A stretch of DNA of 62,297 bases, counting the filler, from Rhabdomonas costata (taxonomy: Eukaryota), in NCBI GenBank assembly GCA_019059605.1. It is 36 parts of 36 records of this genome, joined end to end, with 100 filler letters (N's around TTAATTAATTAA, not from the genome) between each part and the next. Parts side by side here need not be neighbours in the genome. Positions count along the whole stretch, not along the records: positions 26,008 to 27,641 come from JAHMHO010011609.1; positions 27,742 to 29,373 come from JAHMHO010011610.1; positions 29,474 to 31,106 come from JAHMHO010011611.1; positions 31,207 to 32,839 come from JAHMHO010011612.1; positions 32,940 to 34,572 come from JAHMHO010011613.1; positions 34,673 to 36,305 come from JAHMHO010011614.1; positions 36,406 to 38,038 come from JAHMHO010011615.1; positions 38,139 to 39,771 come from JAHMHO010011616.1; 28 more parts are not named here. One strand, given 5' to 3'. The translations under genes and the position numbers were made by a program. Positions within the stretch are counted from its first letter, which is position 1, and each line of letters begins with the position of its first letter. Positions 26,391 through 39,390 of this stretch are shown in pieces. The notes below the pieces were generated by a model that did no database searches, was not told where the DNA came from, and was given only the letters and a program-made list of their open reading frames with translations.

Positions 26391-28153
26391 GCCCTTGTTG
26401 ATCGGGTCCTGTCGTGGTGGTTTTCAAGCCCTTTCATCCACGCCAAAAATACCAGGTCCAGGGATCCTGGTGCCGCCGGCTTCCGGACACTTGCGGCTCG
26501 TGCTTGTCACCGGGCTCCGGGAATGGAAGCGGTCGCTTGTCGATGCATCGAAACTCAGAGCGAACCTCCCGCCTTTGCCCCCGCACCGGGTTGGGTTGGA
26601 AGCCTAACAACACGCTTTGTTGCAGGCCCAGCCCTCCAAGGTTCCAAGGCCAGTCCTTTTGAAACGCAGGCAGAAGGGCGAGCAACGACCACCGCGGGTC
26701 GATTTGTGGACGTGGTCCCCCAGTTGAGAACGACATCAGCGGGCTGGGTTTGTTGAGCTTCCCGGTGTGCAAGGGGAGGAAGGTGGAAGGGGGCCACCTT
26801 CACAAACAGGGCCTTGGTGCGTTTTGCTTTGGTGTTTCATTGTGCTGCTTGTTTTGCACACCTGTTGGTTTCTTGCGGGTTCCCGGTGCTGCTGTTTGTG
26901 CTGGACAACACGACGGGCATGGAGGTGAGAGTTAACACCTTGGGCTTCCCCAAACCTCAAACACAAAGGTGTAGCTGGGAGGTGCGCCGATCCCTTCTGA
27001 AGGTGGCCCAACCGGCAGATGTAGATAGCGTCATGGTATCCCCCACCCCTGCTATATCCGCTTTTTCCGCTACCACGCGACCTCTGGCGCGACGCCTCTG
27101 GATCAATCTCCGCGCGCCCTGGCGTTGACTTTCCCCCTTGTGGCTGGGATTTAGCAGGGTTCCTTTGTTGCTGTAGGATATTCCTCCGCTGGAACTACCA
27201 CCGGTCACGTGCCGTCTGTCCGCCCAGCCTCTTAAATGGGCTATATCTTTGCTTTCTGGCTTGGGTGTGTGTGGCGTCGGGCTCTCCGGCTCCGCGATTG
27301 TTTGCTCTAGCTGGTGGCGGGGCTCTTTAGCTCAGGCGTGGACGGGGTCCTGGGCAAATCGGGTGGTTTAGCTGGACTTCTCTTGCTGTGGCTTCTGCTG
27401 GCTGCTCGTTTTAAAGGCCTTTGCTTTCGAGGGTTTCGCTGGGAGGTGGGGTCCTGGAGGTCTTGCCTCTACTCAGCCGTCCGCTTACGCCTTTCCAACC
27501 CAAAAACAAGGCAAGCAAGAAGGGAATGGCACCAAAGCACAGCACAGGGGAAATGAAAAGGTTCAGCTATCAATCTTTTTAGCCATGACTCTTCTCTACC
27601 TCGCTTTAGCCTGGCCCTGCTGAGCTTTTTAGCTGTGACCTNNNNNNNNNNNNNNNNNNNNNNNNNNNNNNNNNNNNNNNNNNNNTTAATTAATTAANNN
27701 NNNNNNNNNNNNNNNNNNNNNNNNNNNNNNNNNNNNNNNNNATTCCGCAAGCGGATGACCGAGGAATCCGCAACCCTCCCTTGAAAAATGGCAAGAGCAA
27801 ATCCCACGTGGAAATGTACAAAACAAATCCCGGTCCCCCGGTGACACATTAGCAAATCCCTGGACTTTACAAAAGCGCCAGTGGCCGTCATCCGGATGGC
27901 GAGATCTCTTTGTAGCGGGGCTGTGTAAACAAAGAGGAAAGAACTCTCACCGCTCTCGCAGCCCAGTCATCCACGCCGGAAGCAATGCAGTGACGAGAGG
28001 ACGAACTCTCAGACACAGGCGCGCACACGCACGCACATTCACATGAACGAGCATTCGTGACTTTCCGCTATTCTCCCGCCCACGAAATGTAAGCCATTTT
28101 GTATGCAAGACAGCCAGATTTATGCAATGAGTGGGGGGGGGACGCATACGTAG

Positions 28154-29205
28154 CCGAAGCCTGGGCATGGAACCCGTGGTGGAGGTGGTGACGGAGCAGG
28201 AGATGGACTGCGCTTTCGCCGCGGGGGCGCGGGTGGTCGGGATTAACAACCGCGACCTCACGACGTTCAAGGTGGACCTGGGCCGCACTGAGCACCTCAT
28301 GCGTTACGCCGGATTTGCACTCCGAGAGAAGGTTTTCGTGCATTTGTCAGCCACACCGAACATGCCGCATCGCCTCGCATCAGCCTTTTTTTGGCCTCAC
28401 CCCAGACGCGAATCTCATTTAGGCGGTAGTGGTCGTAACGCAGATTCTTCTGTATTCGCCGCGTATCGCAAAAATGGAGCCTTTTTGTACGTCGTGACCC
28501 CCTCTCCCTCCCCTCTTCCTTTCTTTCACTTTGCTACCGATGCTATTGTATTGACTACCGCGGTGTTTTGTTGCATAACACGTTTTGCGTTAACCGCATT
28601 GTACTGAGCCGTAGATTTCCTTGAAAATGCTAGCTATTAAACAAAAAACGCGTTTAGTCTATTCATTGTTAGTTATTCCATTTAGTTCCAACACATCTCC
28701 TCGCTCGTCGCGTTCATCCACTTCAACAGCAGGACTTTCCAAAAGCAGGGACACGGTTGTCGAGAGCTTTTTCAAGCGATGCCTGAAACAAAGATAGGCT
28801 CTCTTGAAGGGGAGTTTCTGGAGTTTCACTCAATGCCATTTTTATTGTGAGCCTTTCTATGGCAAGCAGTGTTTATGGCCTGTGGTTACGACGAGTTTGG
28901 TTTGTGGTTGGGACTCCCCACAGCTTTCTGAGGTCACATTTGTGAGCCTCAGCGGGGTCAACACGGGCAGCGACCTGCAGCACATTCACCGCGGCAGCCC
29001 CGCGGTGCGGGTGGCTCTGGTGGGGACCTCCCTGATGCGTGCCGCAGACCCCGCGGAGCTGCTCAGGGCGTGGAGCGCAGGCACCCTGACCTCCAAGGAG
29101 AGGGAAGCTGCCGCGGCGGCGCCCCCCAAGCCACTTGCCAAGCGGCCGCTGTTCAAGATCTGTGGGCTCTCGACGTACGAGCACGCCGTGACCGCCATTC
29201 GCGAG
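28154..29205 (+). CDS. trpCF: Fused indole-3-glycerol-phosphate synthase / phosphoribosylanthranilate isomerase; exons 28154-28331, 28924-29205
   Basis: [39 protein letters not shown] (IGPS), a linker, then FKICGL (PRAI start) in the same exon. Confidence 0.9.
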
Positions 29206-29660
29206 GTACAGCACACGATCTTCGCTAACCACGACCATCTCTAGTCCCCATCACTCAAAAAAATTACAGCTGATAAAAAAGTGTGCACCAATTCCCATTC
29301 TCAGAATTAGCTACCTGACGAGAGAGCCCGTGAAAAAATTAGCCCTTGTTGCACCCAATTTTGACAAACCAACNNNNNNNNNNNNNNNNNNNNNNNNNNN
29401 NNNNNNNNNNNNNNNNNTTAATTAATTAANNNNNNNNNNNNNNNNNNNNNNNNNNNNNNNNNNNNNNNNNNNNTCGAAACACCGCATGCCGTACAAAGTC
29501 TCACCAGCAGGGCCCCTCATGCACTCGAAGAGTGGTACTTTCGAGCGGAGAATGGCTGGAAAGCCTCCATCTAAAAACCAGATCACCTTACAGTTCCAAT
29601 TATCGTGGTGGTGGTGGTGGTGGTGGTGGCAACAATTATGCTTTTTTCATCCACTGGCAG

Positions 29661-29875
29661 AGGTGCCCGACGCGGCGTGGCGGGCGTCGAAGTACAAGAC
29701 CTTCCAGAAGTTGGCCCTGCAGCACAGGCTGACGCTGCACCTCTGCCGCTGCAAGAACTCCGATATGGCAGAGATCGAGGACTTAGTTCCGGCATGCACG
29801 GGCTGCCTCATTGCAGGGCAGGACACGCTATGCGGGCAACCGGCGACCAAGCCGCGCGTGCTCCCCACCAGCTGA
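29661..29875 (+). CDS. Terminal exon of an unknown protein
   Basis: AG acceptor, GC3-rich codons, stop at 29875. Confidence 0.5.
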
Positions 29876-30473
29876 CATACACACCATGCACCTTTTCTTT
29901 AGCACCATTTCTGGGTCTGGCGGTGGTATTCTTCTCGAGGCACAAAGCTGCGGTCCCATTGGGGTCGAACAGTGTATCTGCTCGATGTGTGACTTACTCT
30001 CCTGTGGGGCCTACTGGTTTTGCATCAGGACGCCATATCGGAACACCATAAAGAGTGGTTTCATTCTTTTCGGTGCTGGTAAGTCTAGCAATGGACAGGG
30101 GAGGTGGTGATGCTCGCGTTATCGGGGGGTTATCAGAGCGAATGTGAGAAAGGGCTTGAACGAGATCAAAAACGCAGCAAAGAAAAAGATCATTGTGGCT
30201 TTTAAGCTGGAACTGGAATGTCCCACGACTGACGATTAAAGTTGCTATTCATGTGATTTCATTGAATGACTTCATTCTTTTGGTGTTTGTCATTTTTTCC
30301 TTTCCCTTCACAGGCATTCGGCTAAAGTTTATTTCGTGTGAGGAACCCACTCTCTTGCCTGTCGTTCTCGCGCTCCTCAACGGGAAAGCGGAGAATTTGG
30401 AGTGTGTGAGTGTGTGTGAAAAAAAGAAGAAAGAAAGCCAAAAAAAAAAAAGAGGAAGAAAGGAGAAAAGAAA

Positions 30474-30760
30474 ATGGCTTACGTGGACGTCTGCGTGGAT
30501 TCCATGCGGGGGTGCTGTGCGGACCGCCACGCCTGCAAGGCGGCGCATGGGTTTGATGAGCTTTGCAACCTGAGGTGCTGGGTGCATTTCTGGGGCAACC
30601 CTCGTGCCAGCGAGGCGGACGTGCGGGCCCTGGTGCCTCAGCTCAGCAGCGACCCGAAGTTCCGGGTCGTCCTCCTCAGCGACGGTGTGCTGAGCTGCGC
30701 TTTGTGCATAGATGGTCTTCGGGGGGATCCAGGGCACATGCCTCTGACCTCGGGTGGCGG
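30474..30760 (+). CDS. CCCH zinc-finger protein, first exon
   Basis: C-x7-C-x5-C-x3-H (CVDSMRGCCADRHACKAAH) followed by G..EL. Confidence 0.7.
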
Positions 30761-31359
30761 GTACTTTTGAGGTGGAATCAGGCCCCTTCCTAAACACGCA
30801 GTTGCTTCTCCGCAGCCCAACGTGCTTTTTTTTTAGAACAGCGACCCTCCACACCGCTGGGGTTCAACGTGATCGGTTTATTGATCGTTGTAACGGTTGT
30901 TCGTGGAAAGGCTGGGCGGAACTGCAGCTTCCCGTCCCCGAGTCACTTCAGCGAGTGAGTGAAGTGTCACTGATAGTAGTGGTTTCTCATGAGGCAGGCA
31001 CAAAGCACCAGGTTAGGGAGCAGCGTGCTGGCCCTCTTCACACGTATGTTTGACCTTGCCCACAATTTAAAGGGATGCTGGTGCGGTTCAGCAGCTCCAC
31101 AAACAANNNNNNNNNNNNNNNNNNNNNNNNNNNNNNNNNNNNNNNNNNNNTTAATTAATTAANNNNNNNNNNNNNNNNNNNNNNNNNNNNNNNNNNNNNN
31201 NNNNNNGTGGTTGTGGCTCTTTTGGGGCTAAGCAGTCCAAAGTCAAAGTCGGAAACATTTTATACCCAAGATGCCTAAAATGAGGTCATAATGCAATTCT
31301 GAAGTACCCCCCCCCCAGTACCACTGGGTTTTTCGATAGCTTGCTTCGGTATTCTTTAG

Positions 31360-32151
31360 GTACTCTCCTCGGCCACCGCTGTGGTAGAAGAGGCCGCGAG
31401 GTGCTTCCAGGGGCTTCTGCACCATGGCCTGGACGCCAACCTGCTGGTGTCCTGGGTCTCCTCTGAAGCGATGCGCCTACCCGAGGTGCGGGCCTGCTCC
31501 TGCGCCCTCGCCGTGCAAAGTGGGCTTTCCAGGCTGCAGCTCCACCAGCTTGGGCTGCGGCCCAGTCTCGCGATTGCCAGCGGGCACGCCCTTGTGGGGA
31601 ACGTCGGGACCTCCACCACGAAGTTCTCCGTGGTGCTCGGGGATGTCGTCAGCCGGGTGCACCGCATCGAGCGCTCCAACACCTTCTGTGGCACCACCAT
31701 TCTCACTGACAGCCAGGTCTACGCCAAGGCCCGTAACAGCATGAGCCTGCGGCCCGTCGTCGCGGCGTACATCTTCCCTGACTCCCCACGGGCCTCCCTG
31801 CTGTACGAGCTCCTCGGCACCCTGGCAGAGACCCCCAACCAGGAGGTCTACGTGCATGCTTTCGACTGCTGGATGAGTTGCAACGCTGCGGCCGGGCTAG
31901 CCCTGCTGGCGGGCCCGCCCAAGGGCTTCGACTCCTCGCCCTTCAGCGCGGTGCTGGTCCCGGATCTCCAGGCTGCGCCGCCGCCTGGAGGAGACCTCCA
32001 GCTGGAGAGGCTGCGGGCGTTGCTCACCGCCCTGCCCACGCAGACCCGAGTAGACTTTGTGGAGGGCTTGATGGAACGTCCTGGGCCCCCGCGGTATCCC
32101 AAGAGGGTTGAGTTCACCGTTTCACCCTCCGATGGGCCGGCTGACCTCTAG
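31360..32151 (+). CDS. Class III adenylate/guanylate cyclase-like domain (degenerate), terminal exon
   Basis: RACSCALAVQ..AIASGHALVGNVGT..VLGDVVSRVHRIE..GTTIL; AG acceptor at 31358-31359. Confidence 0.85.
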   Translation, partial: VLSSATAVVEEAARCFQGLLHHGLDANLLVSWVSSEAMRLPEVRACSCALAVQSGLSRLQLHQLGLRPSLAIASGHALVGNVGTSTTKFSVVLGDVVSRVHRIERSNTFCGTTILTDSQVYAKARNSMSLRPVVAAYIFPDSPRASLLYELLGTLAETPNQEVYVHAFDCWMSCNAAAGLALLAGPPKGFDSSPFSAVLVPDLQAAPPPGGDLQLERLRALLTALPTQTRVDFVEGLMERPGPPRYPKRVEFTVSPSDGPADL

Positions 32152-32939
32152 GGACCAAAGAAGGGTGCTGTTCTGGACCCTTCCCTATAGCCATCCTTTT
32201 TTCTCCCCCTTATTCCGGTACTTTTGTACGTGAGGTGTGTATGTCGCGGAGACGGTGTGATTCCCTGCTTTTTCGTGCGTACCTTTCGGGGAATAGTGTC
32301 AGTGTTTTCTGCGCGCCACTCGCTGGCAAACATTTTATACTCGCACCTGCCTATTTTCCTTTTTGGAATCTGTCTCTCGCCTCTCTCTGCGAATCCGTGG
32401 ATGTGCTGCTGTGGATCCATGGATGTGTTCGTTTAGGCAGCGGCATTTCTGGAGATGCTTACTTGGAACTGGCGCTTCAACTTCCTTTGGTGTCTGCTTG
32501 TTAGGGTCAAAGAAGAGGCTGGCGTATTTTTCTTCTGTCCTTTGCCTTCACTGGGTTGTACTTTTCTTTGTGCCTTGCCGTGCGTTGTGCGGGTAGTTCG
32601 TGGGTGTATGGGGAGGAATGGGGACCGCCTGGGCGAGCAGTTTAATCTCTCTGCGTTCCTTGAAGGGGACTCGTCAATTGGCTGGAAAGCGCCTTCCCTG
32701 CGATGGGGAGGCAGAGTAGGATGGCCTTTGGGCCTTCCACGCTTCTTCAGATGTGCTGATGATAAGTAAAACCAAAAGATGCCCCGTAATGACTTGCGAC
32801 AGCACCTGCATAGGGAAGAACCACATTTTCGGGGGGGGTNNNNNNNNNNNNNNNNNNNNNNNNNNNNNNNNNNNNNNNNNNNNTTAATTAATTAANNNNN
32901 NNNNNNNNNNNNNNNNNNNNNNNNNNNNNNNNNNNNNNN

Positions 32940-33468
32940 TGTCCTCCGCCAATGTAAAAGGTCCCTCTTGTGGCAAATGCGGCGCCGTCTCCTCAGCAAT
33001 GGAGGGGACTTCGGAAAAGTCAGCTGCGGTGGAGGGCTGCATTGCTTCATTCCTGGATGGGGCCACGTCCTCCACCCTCCCAACAGAATCGCTTTGCGTT
33101 GCTTGCGTCACTGCCCCACCGCAGGAGGAGACAAGACCGGTGGCCTCGGGAACATCATGCGGAGGAGTGAACGGCGGAGCCTCACGGAAGGCCGTGGTCG
33201 GCACTGTCTCCTCTGCCCCAGCACTGTTGTTCGGAAGAGATTCCTGATTTGGTTGCCCGCGGGTGAGGTCACCTGGGGACGCAACGCTGGTGCTGGTTTC
33301 CAGGAACTCCGCCGCCGCTTGCGTGTCTAGCTGCAGGGCGGTCGGTCCAACTGCCATTCCTGCAGAGGAAGCTTCAGCAGTGAGCGGTTCGGAAGCAATA
33401 GTACTCTCCGTTTGAGGGGAAACGGAAGCGGGAGCAGGCAACGGGGCATCGGGTGCGTCCTCCTCCAT
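32940..33468 (-). CDS. Low-complexity A/E/P/S/T-rich protein exon
   Basis: Over 170 open codons running to the contig end, with an upstream AG. Confidence 0.5.
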
Positions 33469-36400
33469 ATTTAGCCCCTGCGCTATGGGGCTATGTTAAG
33501 ATTTTCCAGTTCCGGTGAGAGTATAACATAATACTTCAAGTGAAATGGAGAAAGAAGTGCAGGAATGGATGAGAACATGTTTTGGTTTTCTGAATGCTGC
33601 AACCTGTGGTTGCGACTGATACTCAATTATGATAAGACCGTGCGTAATACTGGGGGGGGGGCTCAGAACTCGTTCAAAAAAGAAAAATAAACACCAAATA
33701 TAATGGACTTCCACACAAACGAGCAGTTGGCGATGTCAACAGACCATAAGTGCTCGGTACGTGCCCTATCGCCAGTGTCTTGGTGCGGTCATCCAGACAG
33801 CAAGAAGCTTTTCTTGACGCCAAATGCTCAATGCCCCCCCCCCTAAAAGCAGACGAAAAAGAGCCCAAGGAAGAACATCAAGATGAGAAAAAAGAACCGT
33901 TCAACATCGGCTGACCCTTACGCGCGGAATCCAACGGCATCCGCATCGGGCAACATATTATTCAATTGAAGCCCACCAAGCCCATTCAAAAGACGTAAAA
34001 ATCCAGGGAGAGCTATACTTGATTTAGTGAACGAACCAAGGCCCGTAAATACTTCTTGTCCCATCATTCCAGCCAGAGCATTCCAAAGGCTTTCAGACAT
34101 CGCTCACTAAGTCAAGGAAACAAGTCCACCCTCAGTGTTTATCAATTTTGGCCGCAAGCGTGATATCTTCGCACAACCCACAGTGGTGACGGGTGCAGAC
34201 GCTTGCGACAGAAACTGAAGTTGTGGCCCCAATGCCCAGTGTGAAGCAATCCCAAAACAAAGGGAGAGTCTCGGACAGCTCGCGAAAGTCAGTACAGCTC
34301 GAACTAGTGGCAAAGCCCCGCAAAACCAGAGGAGCTATCGGGACGCAAAACCAGGATTAGTTTGTCGGGGTGTGTAGGTGACCACTAAAAAGCAATGCTC
34401 AGCCTGAGCGCTGGAGCTCCGTGTGGGAATCCACAGGAAGATCCTCGGCAAGCCGGACATGTCCGGAGGCATTTGTCAGGGTCCTCCGCCTCAGCCAAAG
34501 GGCTCCCTATCAAACCAAAGATAAGAGGAGAGTCTTTCCACCACTCATGAAAGGGAAAACACTTTCCCAACANNNNNNNNNNNNNNNNNNNNNNNNNNNN
34601 NNNNNNNNNNNNNNNNTTAATTAATTAANNNNNNNNNNNNNNNNNNNNNNNNNNNNNNNNNNNNNNNNNNNNGAAATGCTTGTTTGTGTAATTGAGGCAA
34701 AATATCGAGAAAGAATGGAAAGTCAAACGAAGGTGAAGCAGAATATGGATAGGGAGCGAGCAAGACCTGCACATTTAATCCCTTGGGAAGGGAAGAGGAG
34801 GAGCACTGCCATTGAGAGCTAGGCACCCACCCACCCACCTATATATAGGTGCCTGTGCGTGCGTGCGTGCGTGCATGCAAACGGGCCGTCCCTATAGATT
34901 CCTTCCTTCTTCGTTCTTTTTGTGGTCTATCCAAGTGTGCAGGCACTGGTCGGGCACCCCCAGGAGAGTGTCGGAGTGAGTCCCCACCCGAGTGGTGCCT
35001 CTGCCTCCCAAACCAACCTCCTCAACCTGCAATGCCTCGTTCACCTGTCCAACCCCCCTCCACCCGAACACAGTACCCATCGCCGCACGCAATACCTATA
35101 TACAATGGCACGCTTTGCCCAAAGGGCTGAGGGCGGATCCCCACCTCAACATACTTAGCCTTTCCACAACCATCCTCCTCACCAGGTGCGAGCGCTACCT
35201 CCTGCAGCTGGCTCAGCCCCTTCGCTATCACCGCCGCTATCACTATATCACTTGCAGGTGCCCAACCTTATTCCATCCTTTGTAACTGGCAGCCACTTCG
35301 TGCTTTCTCAATACATATGTCAATTAATTGCAATGGATGCATCGCAATTAATCTTGACATTTCAACAGCGATGTGCAGTGATGGTGCAGAGCAGAGAGGG
35401 TAGAAAATTGAGCTTAATCGAAGCTCTGTACCTCTGGCGGAGTGAAAAAACAGAAGTGATACGTTTCTGTTGACCGGAAGAACAAAAACAAAAAAACAAC
35501 CAATGACCATGGTATGGCGGGGAGGAGAAAATCCGAATCATCCCTCACACGAATGCAGCCGCTTCAAAGCCGATTCAAAGGCGTACGTCAATCAAATAGA
35601 CTCTCGACCCCCCAACCCTCAGAAAGGATGGGGATGCAGCTCACGTCCAAACCAAATGGCTCTGTACAAGGAACAAAGATATCCGTGAAGGGGCCCTATT
35701 GAGGTGCTTTCAATCGCGACACCATGGCTTGCACACAGCCAAGCTTTTGTGCGCGGCAAGCTCCGCTGTACGTGTAAAGCACCAAATACGAAACCCAAGC
35801 TTCTGATATATGCATTGTAGTCCTCATTCCGATGACTCCAACGCACGCTGGGTTAGCGAGTCCGTCAGCGGTTCCGCGGAAGAAGTCCACAAGCTGTGCC
35901 AAGCAGTAACTCACGTTCATGCGCCGCCCTGTTACCATGCAATCGAATGCGCCAAGCACCCAATGGAATCAATGAGGGCACAGGCTGAAGCCTGGTGATG
36001 ATCTTTGCGAAAAAAAAACTGCGTGAGTGATAACCACAGAGCAGAGGCGGACCGTGAAGGCGCCAACCAGCACCAGCGTCACCAACCTCTGTCTGAGGGT
36101 CGCAGGCCGATTGTCCCACTCTGCAGCAGAACTTCCGCAAGCTCCTTCAGCTGCTTCGTCTGCCACCGTCCGCAGTACGCAGCGGAGTGGCCTTTCTGGA
36201 AGCGGGCATCACAGAGCATAGGGAAATTCCCAGCTTTGATGTCGGAGCCGCCGACTTGACAACCATAAGTGCACCATCAACCACGCAAAGCGAAAGAAAA
36301 AAACANNNNNNNNNNNNNNNNNNNNNNNNNNNNNNNNNNNNNNNNNNNNTTAATTAATTAANNNNNNNNNNNNNNNNNNNNNNNNNNNNNNNNNNNNNNN

Positions 36401-37601
36401 NNNNNGTTCCAGGCTTCTGTACAAAAACGCGCGAAAGAAACTCTGTGTCCTCCCCAACCGGCGCCCGACACTGGGGCGAGAGAAGGCTTGCCGGTAGAAG
36501 AGGGTGGGGGGGGGGGGCGAGAGAAGGAGAAGGCTTCCAGTGCAGCGGCGAGGCTCGGCAGAGGTGAGGGTGGTGCCTGTGAAGGCTCTGCTCCTCCGTG
36601 TAAAAATGGAAAGGTGATTTGGTTGTGGACCATATCAGGTTGGGGAAAACTTCTGGCACTTCTTTCATTATTTAGCAAACTTTTGCATCTTACAATTTTT
36701 TCGCATGCCATTCCTCGGGTCGGCCGTTTGGCCTCCCCCCCCCCCCGCAAAAATAACAGCACTGCTGCAACAGCACAGAGGTGCACACGCCCTGAAAATC
36801 CAATCCAAAAAGAAGTGACAAGAAGTGACAAAAAGAAGTGAGCAGGAGGTACTCGGTTAACACCAAGGAACGCACCGGTTGTGCATTTAGTAAACAAGCA
36901 TTTTTGACAATGTCAGAAATGCCCGGAGTGCAGTCAGGTCATCTTGACATATTTACTCTTGGGTGATAGCGTTGGGTTGGGTAGGGTTCGGCACGGGTAC
37001 GCTGAAGAGGGCTGGCGCGAGCCTTGGTGAGCAGGGTTCCGACGAGGGGCTGGTCGCGTGAAGCGCGGGGTGGGCCCCTGCTAAACACGGGAATAACATC
37101 AACAGATCAACAGTGACTGCCCTTTTGCCGACTGCATTCAACATACCACAACTGAACATGCCGCATGGAGCAGCTGAGCGGAAAGTCGCCGAAGGTCTCT
37201 TAGGACTCCACAGCCTCTACATAGTCGGCTGGGTGCGAATGGAAGCCCAAACCGAGCAAGCGCTTGCCACTCTTCTGAGGTGAAGGTGGGGCAGCCGTCG
37301 TACTCCAGCGGCAAGGGAATGCTCCAACAATGCCAAACATTTGACGTGGCTTTATTCGCGTTTGCGTATGTTTGTCATCACAGTCTGATTGGGAAAAACG
37401 TGTCTCATCTTAATAACTTGAACAACTCACAGTGTACTGATGAACTCATGAAAATAAGCTAATGACGCCGCTCTTGCTGGTGCAAAAAACACAAAAACGT
37501 TGCATGCTCGTCCTTTTTAACCCATTTATTTTATTTTGTTTGCAGTCTTTCCGTTTTTATGGGCGATGTCACTTTCCTTTTTGCCTGAAAACGTTTCTCA
37601 G

Positions 37602-37828
37602 CTTTCCGAAACCAGATCTTCCTGCCGCAGCCCCGAGTGCGTCCGGGTGAAAGGCTTTGCCCCGTTGCCTGTGGATCCAACATTCGTTGGGCATGCCTTA
37701 TGCATCGTTTTCTTTGGGCTCCCTGGGCGAGGAAAAACATATATGGCTCACAAGCTGGGGAGATACATCAACTGGATTGGAATCGAGTGCAACGTGTTTG
37801 TGGTTGCCGACTACCATCGCAAGTTAAG
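37602..37828 (+). CDS. 6-phosphofructo-2-kinase (PFKFB) kinase-domain exon
   Basis: CIVFFGLPGRGKTYMAHKLGRYINWIG..VFVVADYHR P-loop; AG/GT bounded. Confidence 0.9.
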
Positions 37829-37888
37829 GTAAATGTTTTGCCCGTCCAGAAATTTAATTGATGCTCTCTCTGCTTTCTCTTTAGAAAG

Positions 37889-37910
37889 TCTCTCTCTCTC
37901 TCTCTCTCTC
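37889..37910 (+). repeat. (TC)n microsatellite
   Basis: Direct observation. Confidence 0.9.
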
Positions 37911-38690
37911 ATACTCTCGCACATAACCCCCCACCTCAACCCCAGCCCAGTGCATCCATCATCCCGTCACACAGTACCGCGCACATCCAGAGCCCAACCC
38001 ATCCTCCGATTTCAGATGCGAAGCATCCCACAATAAGANNNNNNNNNNNNNNNNNNNNNNNNNNNNNNNNNNNNNNNNNNNNTTAATTAATTAANNNNNN
38101 NNNNNNNNNNNNNNNNNNNNNNNNNNNNNNNNNNNNNNGTTTGTGGGTATGGTAGTTTTGGGGGATCGGTGGGAAGAGATTGCGCACCCAGAACTTGCGA
38201 TGTCAAGGTCATTGGAATTTTTCCCAGGCACTGGAGATGTAAACGAAAGGCAAAAAGTAATTCGGAATGATATGTATAAGGTTTGGTGGAATGAGGAAAT
38301 TTCCGCCCGGAAACTGGGAGTCCACGCTGTGACATTCCGACGTGAAGCCTCTTTGCCCCGGTGCCGCTGATCTCGGATGAGTGTCTGTCTGTGTACAGGT
38401 GCAGAAACCCACGCCGCGTTCACGCCGCGTAGCTTGGCATAAACAGATGCGCCGATGATTTCGGGACAGAAGCTGCGAGCTGCTCAAATCTTCTATCTTG
38501 TTGGGAACAAAGTTTGTCCAAACGCCTTAGTTTACGGATGAGTCTTCTGAACAATGTAGTCAGAACCGAAGGACAAGCATCAAGGCAGGCTATAGCGGGC
38601 TATGCCAAATGCAACAGTGGGAAATTACAGTGGGATTACAACTGTGGTTCTGGTTTTCTCCTTTTAACACACGGGCATGTGCACAGATGC

Positions 38691-39390
38691 CTTGCGGAGG
38701 CTCTTCTCGTTAATCACCAGACGGCCCATGGCCTTGGCCAGCTCCCGCTCCAGCCACCGCACCCGAGCCTCGCGGTCGGCCAGCCGGGTTTGCAGGTCCG
38801 CCACCTCGGCCTGCAGTCCGGCCCGCTCCTCCGCCCACGCCCGCTCCCGCCGCAGCACCACCTTTTGGCGCGCACGGGGTTCTTTTTCGGTTTTCAGGTG
38901 CTACAGTGGCATCATATCGAGCCCACCTCCACAACGCATTGCAGGCCAATCCACAAAAAGAAAAGACACCAAGGGGGAGGGAAAAGAATAGGAAAGGAGG
39001 AGCACCCAGAATGAAGGCCAAACATGGCAGAGGTCAGAAGGAGTTCACCGTAACTGGTGAGCCCAGACAATGTACAGGAATCTATCCAGGAAGCCTGTTT
39101 GTTTTGTCTTATTCCCACCTTGTGTTTTGCGTTTTCGCGATTTTCCCGAAAGGTGCAAAAACGTGGAAGCTCTTTTCTTGGACAATTTTTCAGAAAGAAG
39201 AGAGGAGAACGAGAGAGGGAGGGGAGGAAGCCTTCAGTTGCTGCTGCGGTTGTGGGAGGAAGAGGCAAGCGGCCAGCACGCCCTGCTGAACAGTATTCAG
39301 CACGGCAGTCACCGCGGCTACCACGGGCCGCGGGGACAGCTGCACAACCATATCGCAGACTGATGCCAGCATGATGCCAACTTGGAAACC
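38691..39390 (-). CDS. Coiled-coil protein exons (~39390-39232, 38861-38691)
   Basis: ERAWAEERAGLQAEVADLQTRLADREARVRWLERELAK heptads; donor positions uncertain. Confidence 0.55.

Noticed and set aside
38689-39232. Two apparent GC-AG donors (AAG|GC) in the coiled-coil gene
   Set aside because: In-frame GT alternatives lie a few codons downstream; this cannot be resolved without RNA data
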